From the NCBI GenBank assembly GCA_963823665.1, contig CAWGMQ010000007.1, positions 992,001-1,056,000 on the forward strand: a DNA stretch of 64,000 nt, in the 5' to 3' direction. Positions 9,371 to 23,600 of the stretch are shown here, one piece after another; position 1 is the stretch's first letter, and the number at the start of each line of letters is the position of its first letter. The DNA comes from an uncultured Planctomycetota bacterium (GTDB lineage: Bacteria; Planctomycetota; Planctomycetia; Isosphaerales; Isosphaeraceae). The notes beneath the pieces are model-generated. The model was not told the DNA's origin. It saw only the letters and a program-made list of their open reading frames with translations, and searched no databases. The position numbers and the translations under genes were made by a program.

Positions 9371-12300
9371 ATGCGGCTTGGCGTCTTTACCGGTCTGGCG
9401 GTCCTTGTCTTTCTCTTTGCCGGCGGTCTGGCGGGTCTGGCGCTGGGCCAGTTCGGGCAGTTTGGTCAGTGGAACAATCGCGGGGCGCCGCCGTTTGACC
9501 CGAACTCGAGCGGTCCGGCGGCGAAGCACCTGCAAATCGCAGCGGACCATGCGCGGGGCGCGCACTGGTCTGAAGCGGTGCAGATGTATCAGAAAGTGAT
9601 CGAGCAGTTCGGCGAGCGGGTGACCGTGCTGCCGGCGGAGGGGGGGGCTTTGGCCGGTCCGGGAGCGGGAGCGGCCAATGCGAGCGAGTTCGTGCTTTAT
9701 GTGGACGATCGCTGGTATTGCCACCGGGCGATCTCGAAGCTGCCGCCGGAGGCGCGAGCGATTTATCGCAGACGGGTGGACGGGACAGCAGAGCGCTGGT
9801 TTGCCCAGGGGCAGAGCGGGCGCGACCTGACGCTGTTGCGGCGGGTGGTCGATCAGATGTTCTGCAGCTCCTGGGGCGACGATGCGCTCGAGCTGCTGGG
9901 CGATCTGGCGTTTCAGGATGGACGATTCGGGGAGGCGCGGACGGCATACGGGCGGATCGTCGCGGACCATCCCGAGGATCCACACGTGCTGGTGCATCCC
10001 GATCCGTCGGTCGACCTGGCGCGGGTTGCCGCCAAGAAGCTGTTGTGCCGGGCTGCCGCGGGGGAGGATCCGCCCGGCGCGGCTGATCTGAACGAGCTTC
10101 GCCGCGCTACCCCGGCGCGAGCGGCAAGCTGGCGGGCCGGAACGGCCTTTATGCGGAGATCGTGGCGCAGGCGCTTGAGCTGGACGGGCTGGGCCCGGCG
10201 CGCGAGCGGGACAATAGCTGGCCAACCTTTGCGGGGTCGTTCGCGCGGACGCGGATCGTGCCGGCGCCGATCGATGTGGGCTCCTTGCAGTGGAAAGTGG
10301 ACCTCGAGAAAGTCGTGGTCTCGCAGGCGCCGACGTTCAATCCGCGAACCGGAATGGGCGGGGGGCCGGTGTCGGTTGCGCCGGAGCGGCTGCTGGCGTA
10401 TCATCCGATCGTGCTAGGCGACCAGGTGATCGTCTGCGATGGCTTCCGGGTGCAGGCATTTAACTTGAACGACCGGCCGCAGGAGGGGGAGAACAGCACG
10501 CCCAGGCTGATCAACCCGGTGTGGAAGTATCCGCCTGACGACGATCCCACCGTTCCGCACGTGCGGCCTGGGGGCCAGGGAATTCCAAGGTACACGCTGA
10601 CGGCCGCCGGGAACAAGATTTACGCGCGGATGACGCTGCACGGGGCGACGTCGGCGGGGACTTTCGGGAGCAGGTTGGCGTCGAACTCGATCGTGGCGCT
10701 TGACTGGAGCGCACAGGGGAAGATCTTGTGGGAGCAGCGGTCGAGCACGCTGGCCTTGCCCAACCGGCCGGCGGACCGGCTGGGGAACCGGCTGGTCAGC
10801 TTCGAGGGAACGCCGGTCGCGGACGAGCGCAATGTGTACGTGGGGGTGACGGATCGGCGCGACAAGACCGAGATCTACGTCGCGTGCTTCGACGCGGATT
10901 CGGGCAACGTGCGGTGGATCCGGTACGTCGGCGCCGGCACGCCTGAAGGCGAGATCAACAACTTCGGGTTCGGCGGGATGCAGCCGCCCGCGATCTCGCC
11001 GCACGACTTCAATCACAGATTGCTCTCGCTGGAGGGGTCGACTCTTTACTATCAGACGAATCTGGGGGCGCTGGCGGCGATCGATGCGGCGACCGGCGCG
11101 ACCATGTGGGTGGCGACTTACCCACGGCAAGACCTGCATCAGCAAGCGGGGGCACTCGAGCGCGATCTGAACCCCGCCGTGATTCACGACGGCCGGGTGT
11201 TCATTGCTCCGGCCGACGCGGACGCGATCTTCGCGTTTGATTCCTTGAGCGGCCGCATGGTCTGGAAGACGGAGCGAATCGCCGAGGACATCAAGCTGGC
11301 GCATTTGCTGGGGGTTGCCAAGGGACGGCTGGTGGCCACGGGCAATCGCGTGGTGCTATTCGACGTGAAGACGGGGGAGGCGCGTCAGGTCTGGCCGGAC
11401 TCGGGGAAGGCGGTTGAAGGCCACGGGCGCGGGCTGCTGGCGGGGAACATGATTTACTGGCCGACCCAGAACGAGATCCGGATCCTCGACCAGCGCACCG
11501 GGCTGCCGCCGGCGGAGCCGCCAATCCGGCTGATGGAGGCATTTCATGCGAAGCCGGGAAACCTGGTGGCCGGCGACGGCTTCCTGATCGTGGCGCAGGC
11601 AGACGGCCTGGCGGTCTTCTGCCAGAACAGCCGGCTGATCGAGCGGTACCGGCAGCAGATCGCGGCTGCGCCTGAGGATGCCGCGAACTACTTCCGGCTA
11701 GCGCGGGCGGCGGAGTCGGTCGGCAGCAACGAAGTGGCGCTCGAGATGTATGGCAGGGCGGTCGAGAAGGCGCGCGCGAACGAGACGATCGACGGGCTTT
11801 CTCTCTCCGGGGTGGCGCGGAAGCAGGAATTCCGGCTGCTGGTGCGGCTGGCGTCGTCGGCCCGCAAGGCGCCGCGAGTGGGACGTCGCCGCCCTACGAC
11901 TCAAGACGGCCGCGGATGTCGCCCGGTCGGCCAACGAACAGCTCGAAGCGCAGCTCCTCCTGGCCGATGTGCTGGTGGATGCGTCCAGGCCGCGCGAGTC
12001 GGTGGCGATCTGTCAGCAGCTTCTGGCCGACGACAGATTGCGGAGCCTGCCGGTGGCCGCGGCGGACGGTCAGCGGACGGTGCGGGCGGACCTCATGATC
12101 GGCGACCGGCTCAAGTCGATCCTGGAGCAGAGCGGCCGAGAGGTCTATGCGACGTTCGAGAAGGAGGCGGCGGCGCTCTTCGAGCGCGGCAAGAAAGAGC
12201 AGGACGCGCGGGTTCTCGACGACGTTTGCCGCGCCTATCCCGAGGCGCGAGTCGTGCCGGAGGCGCTGCTGGAGCTGGGCAGAGTCTACGAGCGTGGCGG

Positions 12301-13863
12301 GCGGCTTGCCGATGCCAGCCACACGTACAAGAGGCTACAACAGAATGTCGGGGCCGATGTAGACCGGCGAGTGCTGGCGCTCTGGCGGCTGGCGCATGTG
12401 TACGAGGCAAGGAAGCTTCTGGTCTCGGTGCGCGATTGCTACCTCGATCTGCTGGCACGGTACCCCAAGCAATCGCTGGAGCACAACGGCCGCAACGCGA
12501 GCGCGGGCGAGCTGGCGGCAGCGGAGCTGGAGCGGCCGATTTACGCGGCGATCGTGGCGGACCGTCCGGAGCCGCCGACGCCGCTGCCGCTGTTCCGGAA
12601 ATGGCACTGGCAGCCGGAGGACAATCTGCCGGTGAAGGCGCTTTTCGCCTGCGGCGTGCTGCCGTCGGTGGATTCAGGGCGGGTGTTCCTGGTGGAGAAG
12701 ACGGGGCTGCGGCTGCTCGACGCGAACACCGGTGCGCCGCAAGTGGGTGTCGGATCTGGGCGGACCGCCGGTCTGGGCGGGCTATCTCTCGGACAAGCTG
12801 ATCGTGGCGACTTCGCGGCAGATTGCGGCGCTCGAGCTCTCGCAGGGGAGCGTTCAATGGCGGTTCGACGTGTCGAAGGCGGGCAAGGACACGCGGCGGC
12901 CCGATCCGTTTGCGGGCCCGGCCGAGGCCGTGCCGGGCCCGGGGCCGGAGGGTCCGTACCTTTCGGGGTTCCAGATTGCGAAGGGGCGAGTCTTCTGTGT
13001 GCGGAGCCACAGCGAGCTGCTACGCGATCGACGGCGACTCGGGCGCGCTTGAGTGGTCGTTCACATCGCCGCCCGGGCAGATCAGGCCCAACCTCTGGAT
13101 CGGCGCCGAGCAGGCGGTCTTGCAGATCGACAAGCCGAACCAACTGCTGGTGCTCTCCACCGCAGACGGCCGGGTGGTGAACCACACTGCGCTTCTAGGA
13201 AAACGAGCAGCTTGAACGGCCGCCGCTGCCGATCGATGAGACTTCGGTCGTCCTGGTGTCGGATCGCTGCACGGTCAAGCGATTCGACCTCAAGCACGGC
13301 CAGACCTCGTGGGTCTTCCAGGAGGCCAAGCGCCCGCCCGACAACGGGCCGCCCTTGCTGCTTGGCAGTGCCGAAGACGCTGCTGGTGGTCCACGACGGG
13401 TACACGCTGATCCGTCTCGACGCGGCAACCGGCAAGAAGCGCTGGGAGAAGGTGCTCGGAGAGAACCTGAGCCAGCGCCCGGGCTCGATCGCGGTGGACC
13501 GGCGGAACCTGTACTGCGTGACCTATGAGACATTCTCGGGGGGCGCGGCCGGCCTTGCGAGCGCTCTCGCTCGAGGATGGCTCGCGAGTGTGGTCGTGCC
13601 CGCTTTCCGGACCGCGGAACGCGGTGTGGTCGATCACGCTTTCGGAGCGATCGATCTTCGCGTTTCCGAGCGCCGCGGAGTCGACCGGCGCAGGAGATCT
13701 GGCGAGCTGGCCGGTGATCGTGCACAGGCGCGAGGACGGCGCGCTGATCGAGCGGCTGGTGTTTCCGTCGGCGGTTTCCGAGGTGACGTTCAAGGTGGAC
13801 CCGCGGCGCGCGATCGTGGCGACGGACAAGGACATCTGGGCACTGAGCTCCAAGACCGAATGA
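9371..13863 (+). CDS. Giant secreted PQQ-like beta-propeller / TPR protein (~1,500 aa; about 7 frameshifts)
   Basis: Signal peptide MRLGVFTGLAVLVFLFAGG. TPR segments (DDALELLGDLAFQDG, ALLELGRVYE) and repeated AxDxxxGxxxW PQQ motifs across ORF pieces 9230, 10162, 11750, 12732, 12541-13525 and 13525-13863. Confidence 0.75.
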
Positions 13864-13888
13864 ATTCACATCAACAGGAGACCCTAGC

Positions 13889-14971
<1,083 letters not shown>

Positions 14972-15852
14972 CCTCGAGGGGCTCGACCTGCAGGCGCGGA
15001 TGGTGGTCGAAGGCTATGTCGCCGGGATGCATCCCAGCCCGTATCACGGCTTCTCGGTCGAGTTTGCCGAGCACCGGGAGTACGTGCCGGGCGACGACAT
15101 CCGCCACGTCGACTGGAAGGTCTGGTCCAAGACCGACAAGCTTTACCTGAAGCAGTACGAGGAAGAGACCAATCTCCTTTCGTATCTGCTGGTCGACACC
15201 AGCGAGTCGATGGGTTATGCGTCGGGGCAGAACGTCACCAAGCTCGATTATGCCCGGTTTCTTGCGGCGGCCCTGGGCTACATGATTCTTCAGCAGCAAG
15301 ACTCGGTGGGCCTGGTCGTCTTCGACGACGCGGTGCGGCGGTACTTGAAGCCTGCGGGCAGTCCGTCGCAGCTCAAGGAGGTGGTGCGGCTCTTGGACGT
15401 GACGCCCGCGCGTGAGAAGTCGGACCTGGGGGCTGTTTTTCACGACCTGGCCGAGCGATTCAAGAAGCGGGGAGTGGTGGCGATCTTCTCCGACCTGTTT
15501 GACGACGTCGAGAAGGTGACCTCCGGGCTCAAGCACTTCCGGCATCGCCGGCACGAGGTCATTGTCTTTCACATCCTCGATCCGGCTGAGATCGACTTTC
15601 CGTTCCGGGACACGACGCTGTTCAAGGGCCTGGAGGATGCCTCGCAAGTGCTCACGGATCCGCACGCTCTCAAGAAAGCGTATCAGCAAGAGGTGCAGTC
15701 GTTCCTGAAGCAGGTGCAAAAGGCCTGCCGGATGACGGACATCGATTACGTGCCGCTGCGAACCAACCAGAACCTGGGCGTTGCACTGGCGAGCTACCTG
15801 GCGTCGCGGGCAGCGAGGGTTCGATCGCTTTGAGGGCGGGGATTGAGGGGGA

Positions 15853-15921
15853 GTCAGGCTGAAGCCTGACGTACGTGATGCGGGATCGGTGTCGGAGCGG
15901 GGAGTCAGGCTAAAGCCTAAC
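15853..15921. repeat. Two REP-like hairpins GTCAGGCT(G/A)AAGCCT(G/A)AC inside the operon
   Basis: Copies at 15853-15870 (GTCAGGCT..AGCCTGAC stem) and 15904-15921. Confidence 0.7.
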
Positions 15922-15953
15922 CTACTCAAGGCGGCGAAGGTTCGAGCGATCTA

Positions 15954-18164
15954 ATGGAGGAAGAGCACTTGTTGTCGGCGGTCTTATGGGCCCTGGGTTT
16001 TGCCAACATTCCGCTGCTTTATGCGCTGGCGGCGGCGGGGGTGCCGGTGCTGATTCACCTGCTCAACCGACGACGGTTCAAGGAGGTGTCGTGGGCTGCG
16101 ATGCAGTTTCTGCTGGCGGCGGTGCGGAGGAACCGGCGGCGGATCCGGATCGAGCAATGGCTGCTGCTCCTGTTGCGCACGCTGGTGGTGATCCTGGTTG
16201 TGATGGCGATGGCGAAGCCGTTTCTCGAGACGTTCGGCGCGGTGATCTCGGGACGGCAAACCCATCGGGTGCTGGTGCTGGATGATTCGCTGTCGATGGG
16301 ATACACGTCGGGCGAGTCGAGCCGGTTCGATCAAGCGAAGGAGCTGGCGTCGCAGCTTGTGAAGGACTCGCGGCAAGGGGATGTGATCAGCGTGATCTTG
16401 ATGGGAGAGCCGCCCAAGGTCGTCATCGGCGATCCCTCGCCGAGCTCGGTCGAAGTGCGGAAGGAGATCGCCGAGCTCAAGCTCTCGCATGGCGGCACGG
16501 ACCTGGCGGCGACGTTCGAGAAGGTTGCCGCCGTGCTCGAGGTTTCGCCGATTCAGCAGAAGGAAGTGATCTTTCTCACGGATCTGCAGGCGACGAGCTG
16601 GCGACCGCCGGCGGAGGCTGCGGGGCCGATCAAGGAGATACTGAAGCGGGTCGAGGAGCGGCGGGTGCGGTGGGTGGTGATCGACCTGGGAAAGACGGGG
16701 GGAGAGAACCGGGCGGTGACCGACTTGAAGCCGGGAGCGCCGTTTGTTCCGGTGGGGACCAATGCACTGATTCGCACGGTGCTGCGCAATTTCGGCAGCA
16801 CGCCCTCGGATGGTGTGCGGGTGCGGCTGACGGTCGACGGCCGGCTGGGCCCGGAAGAGTCGTTCGACCTGCGGCCGGGTGAAGACGTGCCGGCGGTTTT
16901 TCCGTATCCGTTCTCGAGCCCGGGCGATCATCTGGTGGAGGTGTCGATCGACGACGATCCGCTTTTGCTCGACAACCGGCGATACATGGTGGTGCCGGTG
17001 CGGGAAGCGCTCAAGGTGTTGCTGGTTGACGGCCATTTCAAGTCCGAGCCGTATCAGGCCGAGACGGATTATCTGGCGCAGGCGCTGGCACCGACGGAGG
17101 AGGTACCGGGGCAGCCCAGGCTGATCCGGGTGGAAGTGATCCCGGAATCGCAGTTCCTCAATCGGGAGCTTGCCGACTACGACGTGGCGGTGCTGTGCAA
17201 CGTGGCGCAGTTCAGTGCGCGGGACGTGACGGCGATCGACGATTTCCTGAACCAAGGAGGGGGAGTCGTCATCTTCGGGGGCGATCAGGTCGTGGCCGAG
17301 AACTACAACCGGCTGCTGTACGCGGACGGGAAGGGGATTCTGCCGGCGGAGATGGGCCCAAGCGTGGGGGATGCCTCCAAGCGGCAGGGAGGGTTCTTGT
17401 TCAATCCGCTGGGATACCGGCATCCGATTCTTTCGGAGTACCAGGGAGAGTCGGACCCGGTGACGGCGGGCCTCACGCTGAACCGCACGTGGCAGTATCA
17501 CAAGCTGATCTTGCCGAAGCAGTCGAGGGCCGAGGTGGTGATGGACTTCGACAACGGTGATCCGGCGATCGTCGAGCTGGAGCGTCGGCGAGGGACGGTG
17601 ATGCTGGTGGCAACCTCGGCCGATGCGGGCTGGACCGACTGGCCGCTGCACCAGAGCTATTTGCCGGTGATGCAGCAGATTGTGATGCGGGCCTCGGCGG
17701 GCCGGTTCGCGGAGCGGAATATCCAGGTGGGGCAGTTTTTCGACCAGGCTTTTCCCGCGGCGGGTGCGGGGGCGGCGGTGACGGTGGTGACGCCGGGGGG
17801 CCAGACGATCGCGACCAAGCTGCAATCCTCAGGGGGCGTGAGCCAGTTTCACTTCGAGGACACCGACCTATCGGGGCGGTACCAGGTGAAGATCGGGCCG
17901 CCGCTGTCGGTCGAGTCGTCGTTCGCAGCCAACCCGAACCCGGCGGAGAGCGACATGACCAAGCTCGATCGCGGGGGGCTCGAGGAAGTGGTGCCGGGGT
18001 GGAATTTCCTGTACTTGACGAACTCGCGCGAGCTGGCGAAGGATGCCGGGTCGGTGGGGCGGCGCGGGGAGCTGCATCGGCCGCTGTTGTATTGCCTCTT
18101 TGCCCTGCTGCTCGTGGAATCATTCATGGCGTGGAGGTTCGGTCATCATGAAGCAGGTGGGTGA
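15954..18164 (+). CDS. BatA N-terminal / VWA / CARDB-like / GATase-like membrane protein
   Basis: PVLIHLLNRRR..WAAMQFL BatA motif, MIDAS VLDDSLSM..TDL..FLTD, LLDNRRY, GGGVVIFGG, C-terminal TM with LLLVES. Confidence 0.88.
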   Translation: MEEEHLLSAVLWALGFANIPLLYALAAAGVPVLIHLLNRRRFKEVSWAAMQFLLAAVRRNRRRIRIEQWLLLLLRTLVVILVVMAMAKPFLETFGAVISGRQTHRVLVLDDSLSMGYTSGESSRFDQAKELASQLVKDSRQGDVISVILMGEPPKVVIGDPSPSSVEVRKEIAELKLSHGGTDLAATFEKVAAVLEVSPIQQKEVIFLTDLQATSWRPPAEAAGPIKEILKRVEERRVRWVVIDLGKTGGENRAVTDLKPGAPFVPVGTNALIRTVLRNFGSTPSDGVRVRLTVDGRLGPEESFDLRPGEDVPAVFPYPFSSPGDHLVEVSIDDDPLLLDNRRYMVVPVREALKVLLVDGHFKSEPYQAETDYLAQALAPTEEVPGQPRLIRVEVIPESQFLNRELADYDVAVLCNVAQFSARDVTAIDDFLNQGGGVVIFGGDQVVAENYNRLLYADGKGILPAEMGPSVGDASKRQGGFLFNPLGYRHPILSEYQGESDPVTAGLTLNRTWQYHKLILPKQSRAEVVMDFDNGDPAIVELERRRGTVMLVATSADAGWTDWPLHQSYLPVMQQIVMRASAGRFAERNIQVGQFFDQAFPAAGAGAAVTVVTPGGQTIATKLQSSGGVSQFHFEDTDLSGRYQVKIGPPLSVESSFAANPNPAESDMTKLDRGGLEEVVPGWNFLYLTNSRELAKDAGSVGRRGELHRPLLYCLFALLLVESFMAWRFGHHEAGG

Positions 18165-18167
18165 GAC

Positions 18168-20578
18168 GTGATTGACTGGTTTTTACGTCTGCTGGCGGAT
18201 CAACTGGGTGTGGCGCCGGCCTTGCCCGGGGAGGCGGCGACTCCGCGCATTCGGTTCGAGGCGCCGTTCCCTCAGCAATGGCTCTTCGTGTTCGTGCTGA
18301 TCGGCAGCGTGGCGCTGATCATCTGGCTGTACTGGCACGAAGGCAAGGCGTCGCGCCTGGTCAAGACCTGTCTGGCGGGGGTGCGGCTGGCGCTTGTGCT
18401 CTTGGCGATGTTCATGCTGTCGGAGGCGGTGCTCTCGGTGGAGCGGAAGGGGCTGCCGTACCTGACGATCCTGGTTGATGATTCGGCGAGCCAGCGAATT
18501 GCCGACCAGTACGAGAAGCCGGAGGTGAAGACGGCACTCGAGGCGCTCGCGGCACCAGCAAAGGCCGAACAAACGTCCCGGCTGGCGATTGCCAAGGGGT
18601 GGATCCTCAAGGACCACTCGCGGCTGATCCGGGAGCTGGAACAGAAGCACAAGGTGCGGTTCTATCTGGTGTCGAACTCAACGCGGCTGCTCACCGAGGT
18701 GGATACTCCGGCACAGATTCCGGGGGCAGAGCGGAAGCTGCTGGAGGTGGAAGCATCGGGCAGCCAATCGCGGCTGGGGGATGGGGTGCGTCAAGTGCTG
18801 ACGGAGCTGCGCGGGGCGCCTCCGACGGCGATCGTGCTGCTTTCCGACGGGCAGACCACCGAGGGTGAGCCGCTGGCGAAAGCCGCGGAGCTGGCGGGGC
18901 GGAAAGGGGTGCCGCTGTACGCGATCGGGCTGGGGAGCGCGGAACCGGCGCGGGACATCGAGCTGACGGAGCTTCTGGTCGACGATGTGGTGTTCGTCGA
19001 CGATGCCGTGCGGTTTCAGGCGAAGCTATCGGCACGCGGCTTTGCGGGGGAGAAGGCGGTGGTGCACTTGAAGGAGCTCGAGCCGGGGTCGAAGGACGCG
19101 GCTTCGGGCGCGAGATCGACTCGAAGGAGGTCGATCTGCCGCGCGATGGGCAGTCGACGCGGGTGGAGCTGGTGCATCATCCCAAGGAGACGGGAGAGCG
19201 TACGTTCGTGATCGAAGTGGACAAGCTGCCGCGCGAGCTGCAGAGCGACAACAACCGGCTGGAGCGGGTGGTGAACGTGCGCAAGGAGAAGCTGCGTGTG
19301 CTGGTGGTGGACAGCGAGCCGCGGTATGAATTCCGGTACCTGAAAAACTATCTCGAGCGAGACGAGACGATCGATCTCTCCGTCGTCCTGCTCTCCTCGG
19401 ACCCGAATTACAGCGAGCAGGACCGATCGGCGATCCCGACGTTTCCGGCGTCGAAGGAAGACTTGTTCAAGTATGACGTCGTGCTCTTCGGCGACGCGGA
19501 CATCAGCTACCTGAGCCAGTCGCAGTTGCAGGGTTTGGTCGAGTTCGTGACGGAAAAGGGAGGGGGCGTGCTGTTCGTGGCGGGGGACCTGTTCAACCCG
19601 CTCCAGTATCACGGCACGCCGCTCGAAGTGCTGTTGCCGGTCGAGCTTTCGGACGCGCGGAACCCGACGGCGGTGGGAACGAACGTGGCGGCGTTCCGGC
19701 CGGAGCTCACGGTCGAAGGGCGGGCGAGCCCGATCTTCCGGTTCGGCGATGACGACGCCTCGAGCATGAAGATCTGGGAAGGGCTGCCGGAGCTCTTGTG
19801 GTACTTCGAGGCGCCGCGGAAGAAACCGGCTGCGCTGGTGCTGGCGGAGCGTCCGAGCGTGACCGGGTCGGAGGGCAAGCTGCCGCTGGTCATCTACCAG
19901 TTCCTGGGCCTGGGCAAGTCGATGTTCCACGCGTTCGACGACACGTGGCGGTGGCGATTCCGGTCGGGCGACCGGTACTTCGGGCGGTTCTGGGTGCAGA
20001 CGATCCGGTTTCTGGCGCGGTCACGGCTGACGGGCGGGCGAGGAGCGGAGATCGAGACCGACCGGCGGCGGTATCAGCGGGGGCAGGCGATCCAGTTCCG
20101 GGTGCGGTTTCCGAATGCGGGGCTGGCGCCCACAACAGGGGACGTGACGGTCCAGGTTGGCCGTGCGGGGGGAACGTCGCGGAAGCTGGCGCTCAAGCTG
20201 GTGCCCGGGACCAAGAATGTTTTCGAAGCGGCGCTGCCGCAAGCCGCAGAGGGAGACTACGAGGTGAGGCTGCTGCCGCCGCCGGTTCTTCTGGGTCCGA
20301 TTCCGACGACTTCGTTCCGGGTGGATGCACCGGTCAATGAGTTCGAGCGCATTGAAATGAATGGGCCTGAGCTGTTGCGTGCGGCGGAGTTAACGGGGGG
20401 CAAGTTTTACACGCCGCTGGAGGCGGATGGGCTGTTCAAAGACCTGCCCAAGCCGTCGCCTGTGCTGCTGGACACGGACCCGCCGATCCCGCTGTGGAAC
20501 ACATGGCCGGTGCTGTCGCTTTTCCTGGGGCTCTTAACTCTCGAGTGGGTGTTCCGAAAACGCAACCAGATGGTATAA
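18168..20578 (+). CDS. VWA + glutamine-amidotransferase-like membrane protein (frameshift ~19100-19160)
   Basis: MIDAS LVDDSASQ..LLSDGQ, PRYEFRYLKNYLERD, GGGVLFVAG, DTWRWR..FWVQ, C-terminal LTLEWVFRK. ORFs 18168 and 19163 joined. Confidence 0.85.
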
Positions 20579-20699
20579 TTGCTATTTGATCGATCCGATC
20601 CCGCAGCCGCGCGTGCAGTCAGAGGCGCCCTTGCACCAGAGTTCCTGGTGCTCTCACCATTCGATTTGAGTCCGGGTTAACCGGAACGAGGAGGCCGAA

Positions 20700-23600
20700 G
20701 TGACTCCGCTTCAGCTTGAATCGCGAATCAAGGGGCTGCGCAACTCGCTGCGGCGACTGCTGGCCTTGCACGGGCTTGCCTGGCTGGTGGGCGTGGTGGT
20801 GCCGATCCTGATCGTGGCGGGTCTGGCCGACTGGCAATTCCACCTCGATTTCGTGGTTCGGGGTGCGCTGCTTGCGGTGGTGGCCGGCACGGCGCTCTGG
20901 CTTCTTTACCGGGGGATCATCCGGCCGCTGGTGGTGCGGTTTGACGATCTGGACATTGCGCTACGGATCGAGGAGCGGTGGCCGGGGCTGCACGATCGGC
21001 TGGCGAGCACGATTCAGTTCTTGCGGCTGGATGCCAGCGACGAGCGGCTGGGCTCGCCGGCGTTGCGCGAGGCGACGGTGCGGCAGGCGGTCGAGGAGAC
21101 AAGCAAGATCAACTTCCGCGAGGTGATCGAGCCGAAGCCGGTGATCAAGGCGCTCTTGGCGGGCTCCGCGGCGCTACTGGCGGCGACGCTCCTGGTGGTG
21201 GCTGCGCCCGCCTCGGTGCGGATTGCGATGACGCGGTTGTTTCTGCCGCTGGGGAGGGCGACCTGGCCGCAGCGGACGCATCTGGTTCTGGACGAAGGCC
21301 AGACGACGCTCAAGGTTGCGCGGGGGGATTCGTTCACGTTGGCGGTGAAGGTGCGACAGGGGGACAAGATTCCGGAAGCGGCAGAGGCGACGTATCAGTT
21401 TGCCGACGGCGATTCCGCGGGCGAGCCGCTCAGGGCGATGGAGGGGGGAGAGTTTCGGGGGAGGATCGAGGCGGTCAATCAGCCGTTTCATTTCACGGTG
21501 ACCGGCGGCGACGACCGGTCATCGATCAGAGACGTGCCGGTGGAGGTGGTGCCACCGCCGACGCTGAAATCGCTGGTGATCCGGGTGAGCCCGCCGGCTT
21601 ACACGGGAATTGCCTCGTCGGTGCTGGCGCCGGGGCTCACGCAACTGAAGGCTCTCGAGGGAACGAAGCTCGAGCTGGAAGCAACCGCGAATAAGCCGCT
21701 TGCCCAAGCGGTGCTCAATATCGGGCAAGTGCCATCGGGGGAGAAGCTGGTCTTCGACTCAGGGCGAACCCGCTTTCGCGTGGAATTGGCGGTCAAGAAC
21801 AATTTCAATTTCTGGTTTGACCTGCGAGATACCGAGGGCTTCCGGAACCGCGAGGCGGTGCGGTACGAGGTGCGCGGCTATGCGGACCTGCCTCCGCGGG
21901 TGGTGATCGACGAGCCCAAGAGCGACCGCGACGTGCCGGCGGAAGCGACGATTCCGATCCGGGTGATGCTGGACGACGACTTCGGCCTGCAATCGGGCAA
22001 GATGGTTTACCAGCTTGCGACGGGCGATTCCGAGCCTCAGGCGGCGGTGGTGATTCCGCTCTGGTCGGCGCCTGAGCCCGGTGGTCAGGGCCCGGAGGTC
22101 GGGTCGTTTGTGAAGCACCAGGAAGTGACGCACAACTGGCAGCTCGGGCCGCTCAAGCTGCCGGTGGGAACGGTGATCACCTTTCATGCCGAAGCGCTCG
22201 ACTTCGACCGAATCAAGGGGCCGAACCTGGGCAAGAGCCGCGAGCTTCGCCTGCGGATCATTTCCAAGGAGGATGCGGCCCGGCAGTTCGACGATAACCG
22301 GCGCGAGCTGCGTGAAGAGCTGGCCCGCGTGCTGACGATGCAGAAGCAGGCGATGCCTCCGGTGGAGAACGCGATCCGCAGTCTGAAGGAGGCGCCCGAA
22401 GCTACCGCAGGTGCAGCGCGACGATCTGAACAATGCCGGGATCATTCAGCGGCAGGTTGGCGCTCGCCTCAACAACCGGGATGACGGAGTGGGCGCGCGG
22501 TTGAGGCGGTCGCTGGAAGACCTTCAGAATTTCAAGCTCGACATGGATGACGCTCGCAAGCAGATGGAGGACATGCTGGCACGGCTAACGGAGATTCGCG
22601 ACAAGCATCTGGGGCCGGCCGAGCAAGGGATCTCGCGCGCGGCGAAGAACCTGGACCAAAGCGACACGAGACCGGGGCAGCAGCCGGTCGAGGCAGCCAG
22701 GAATGAATCCGGCGGGGCCGAGCACAAGCAGAAGCAGGAGCCGGGCGCTGGGCCCGATCAGAAGGCTGCGAATTCGTCTTCCTCGGCGGACGCGAAGAAG
22801 TCGGACGCGGCGTCCGAGGCCACGAAGGGGCGTGATTCGTCGCAAAAGGCGGGGCAGGAGGCGCGGGGCAAAGCGAGTGAGAAGTCGAAGAGCGCCGAGG
22901 GAGCGGCTGATTCGGCGGAGGCGGGCAAGTCGTCGTCGGAGGCGGGCAAGTCATCGGCTGAGGCGGGCAAGTCGTCGTCGGAGCAGGCCAAGAATCGTGG
23001 CGAATCGGGCAAGTCGGCGCCCGAGCGAGCGGGTGCGCGTTCGCCGTCGAGCGAGCAAGTGAAGCCCGGCGCCCGCTCGGCGCAAGCGGAGCTGGCGGAG
23101 GCCAAGACGAATCAGAAGGCGATTGCCGACGAGCTGAAGAAGATGCTCGACAGCCTGAGCGAGTTCGAGACTTACCGGGGCGTGGTGAAGGATGCGCAGG
23201 AACTGCTCAAGCAGCAAGAGCAGACGATGAAGCAGACAGCGGAAGTGGCGGACAAGCCTGAGATGGTGGGCAAGCAGCGGGAAGCGCTCTCGCCGGAGCA
23301 GAAGGGGGAGCTCTCCAATCTGTCATCGCGGCAGGGTCTGATCGGCAAGGGCTTGCAGGGCCTGCAGGAGCGGATGAACGAGATGGCGGGCCGGACGGCG
23401 GAGGAGGACCCACTCGCGTCGGCGACGATGCGGGAAGCCGCACAGAAGAGCGAGCAGAAAGGGACGGTGGGCAAGCTGGCCGATGCGGCCGATCGCCTGG
23501 AAAACAACCAGATGAATGAAGCGCGGGCGCAGCAGCAGCAGGCGCGAGAGGAGCTGAGGGACCTGGTTGACGCGATCCAGAACCGGCGCGAGCGCGAGCT

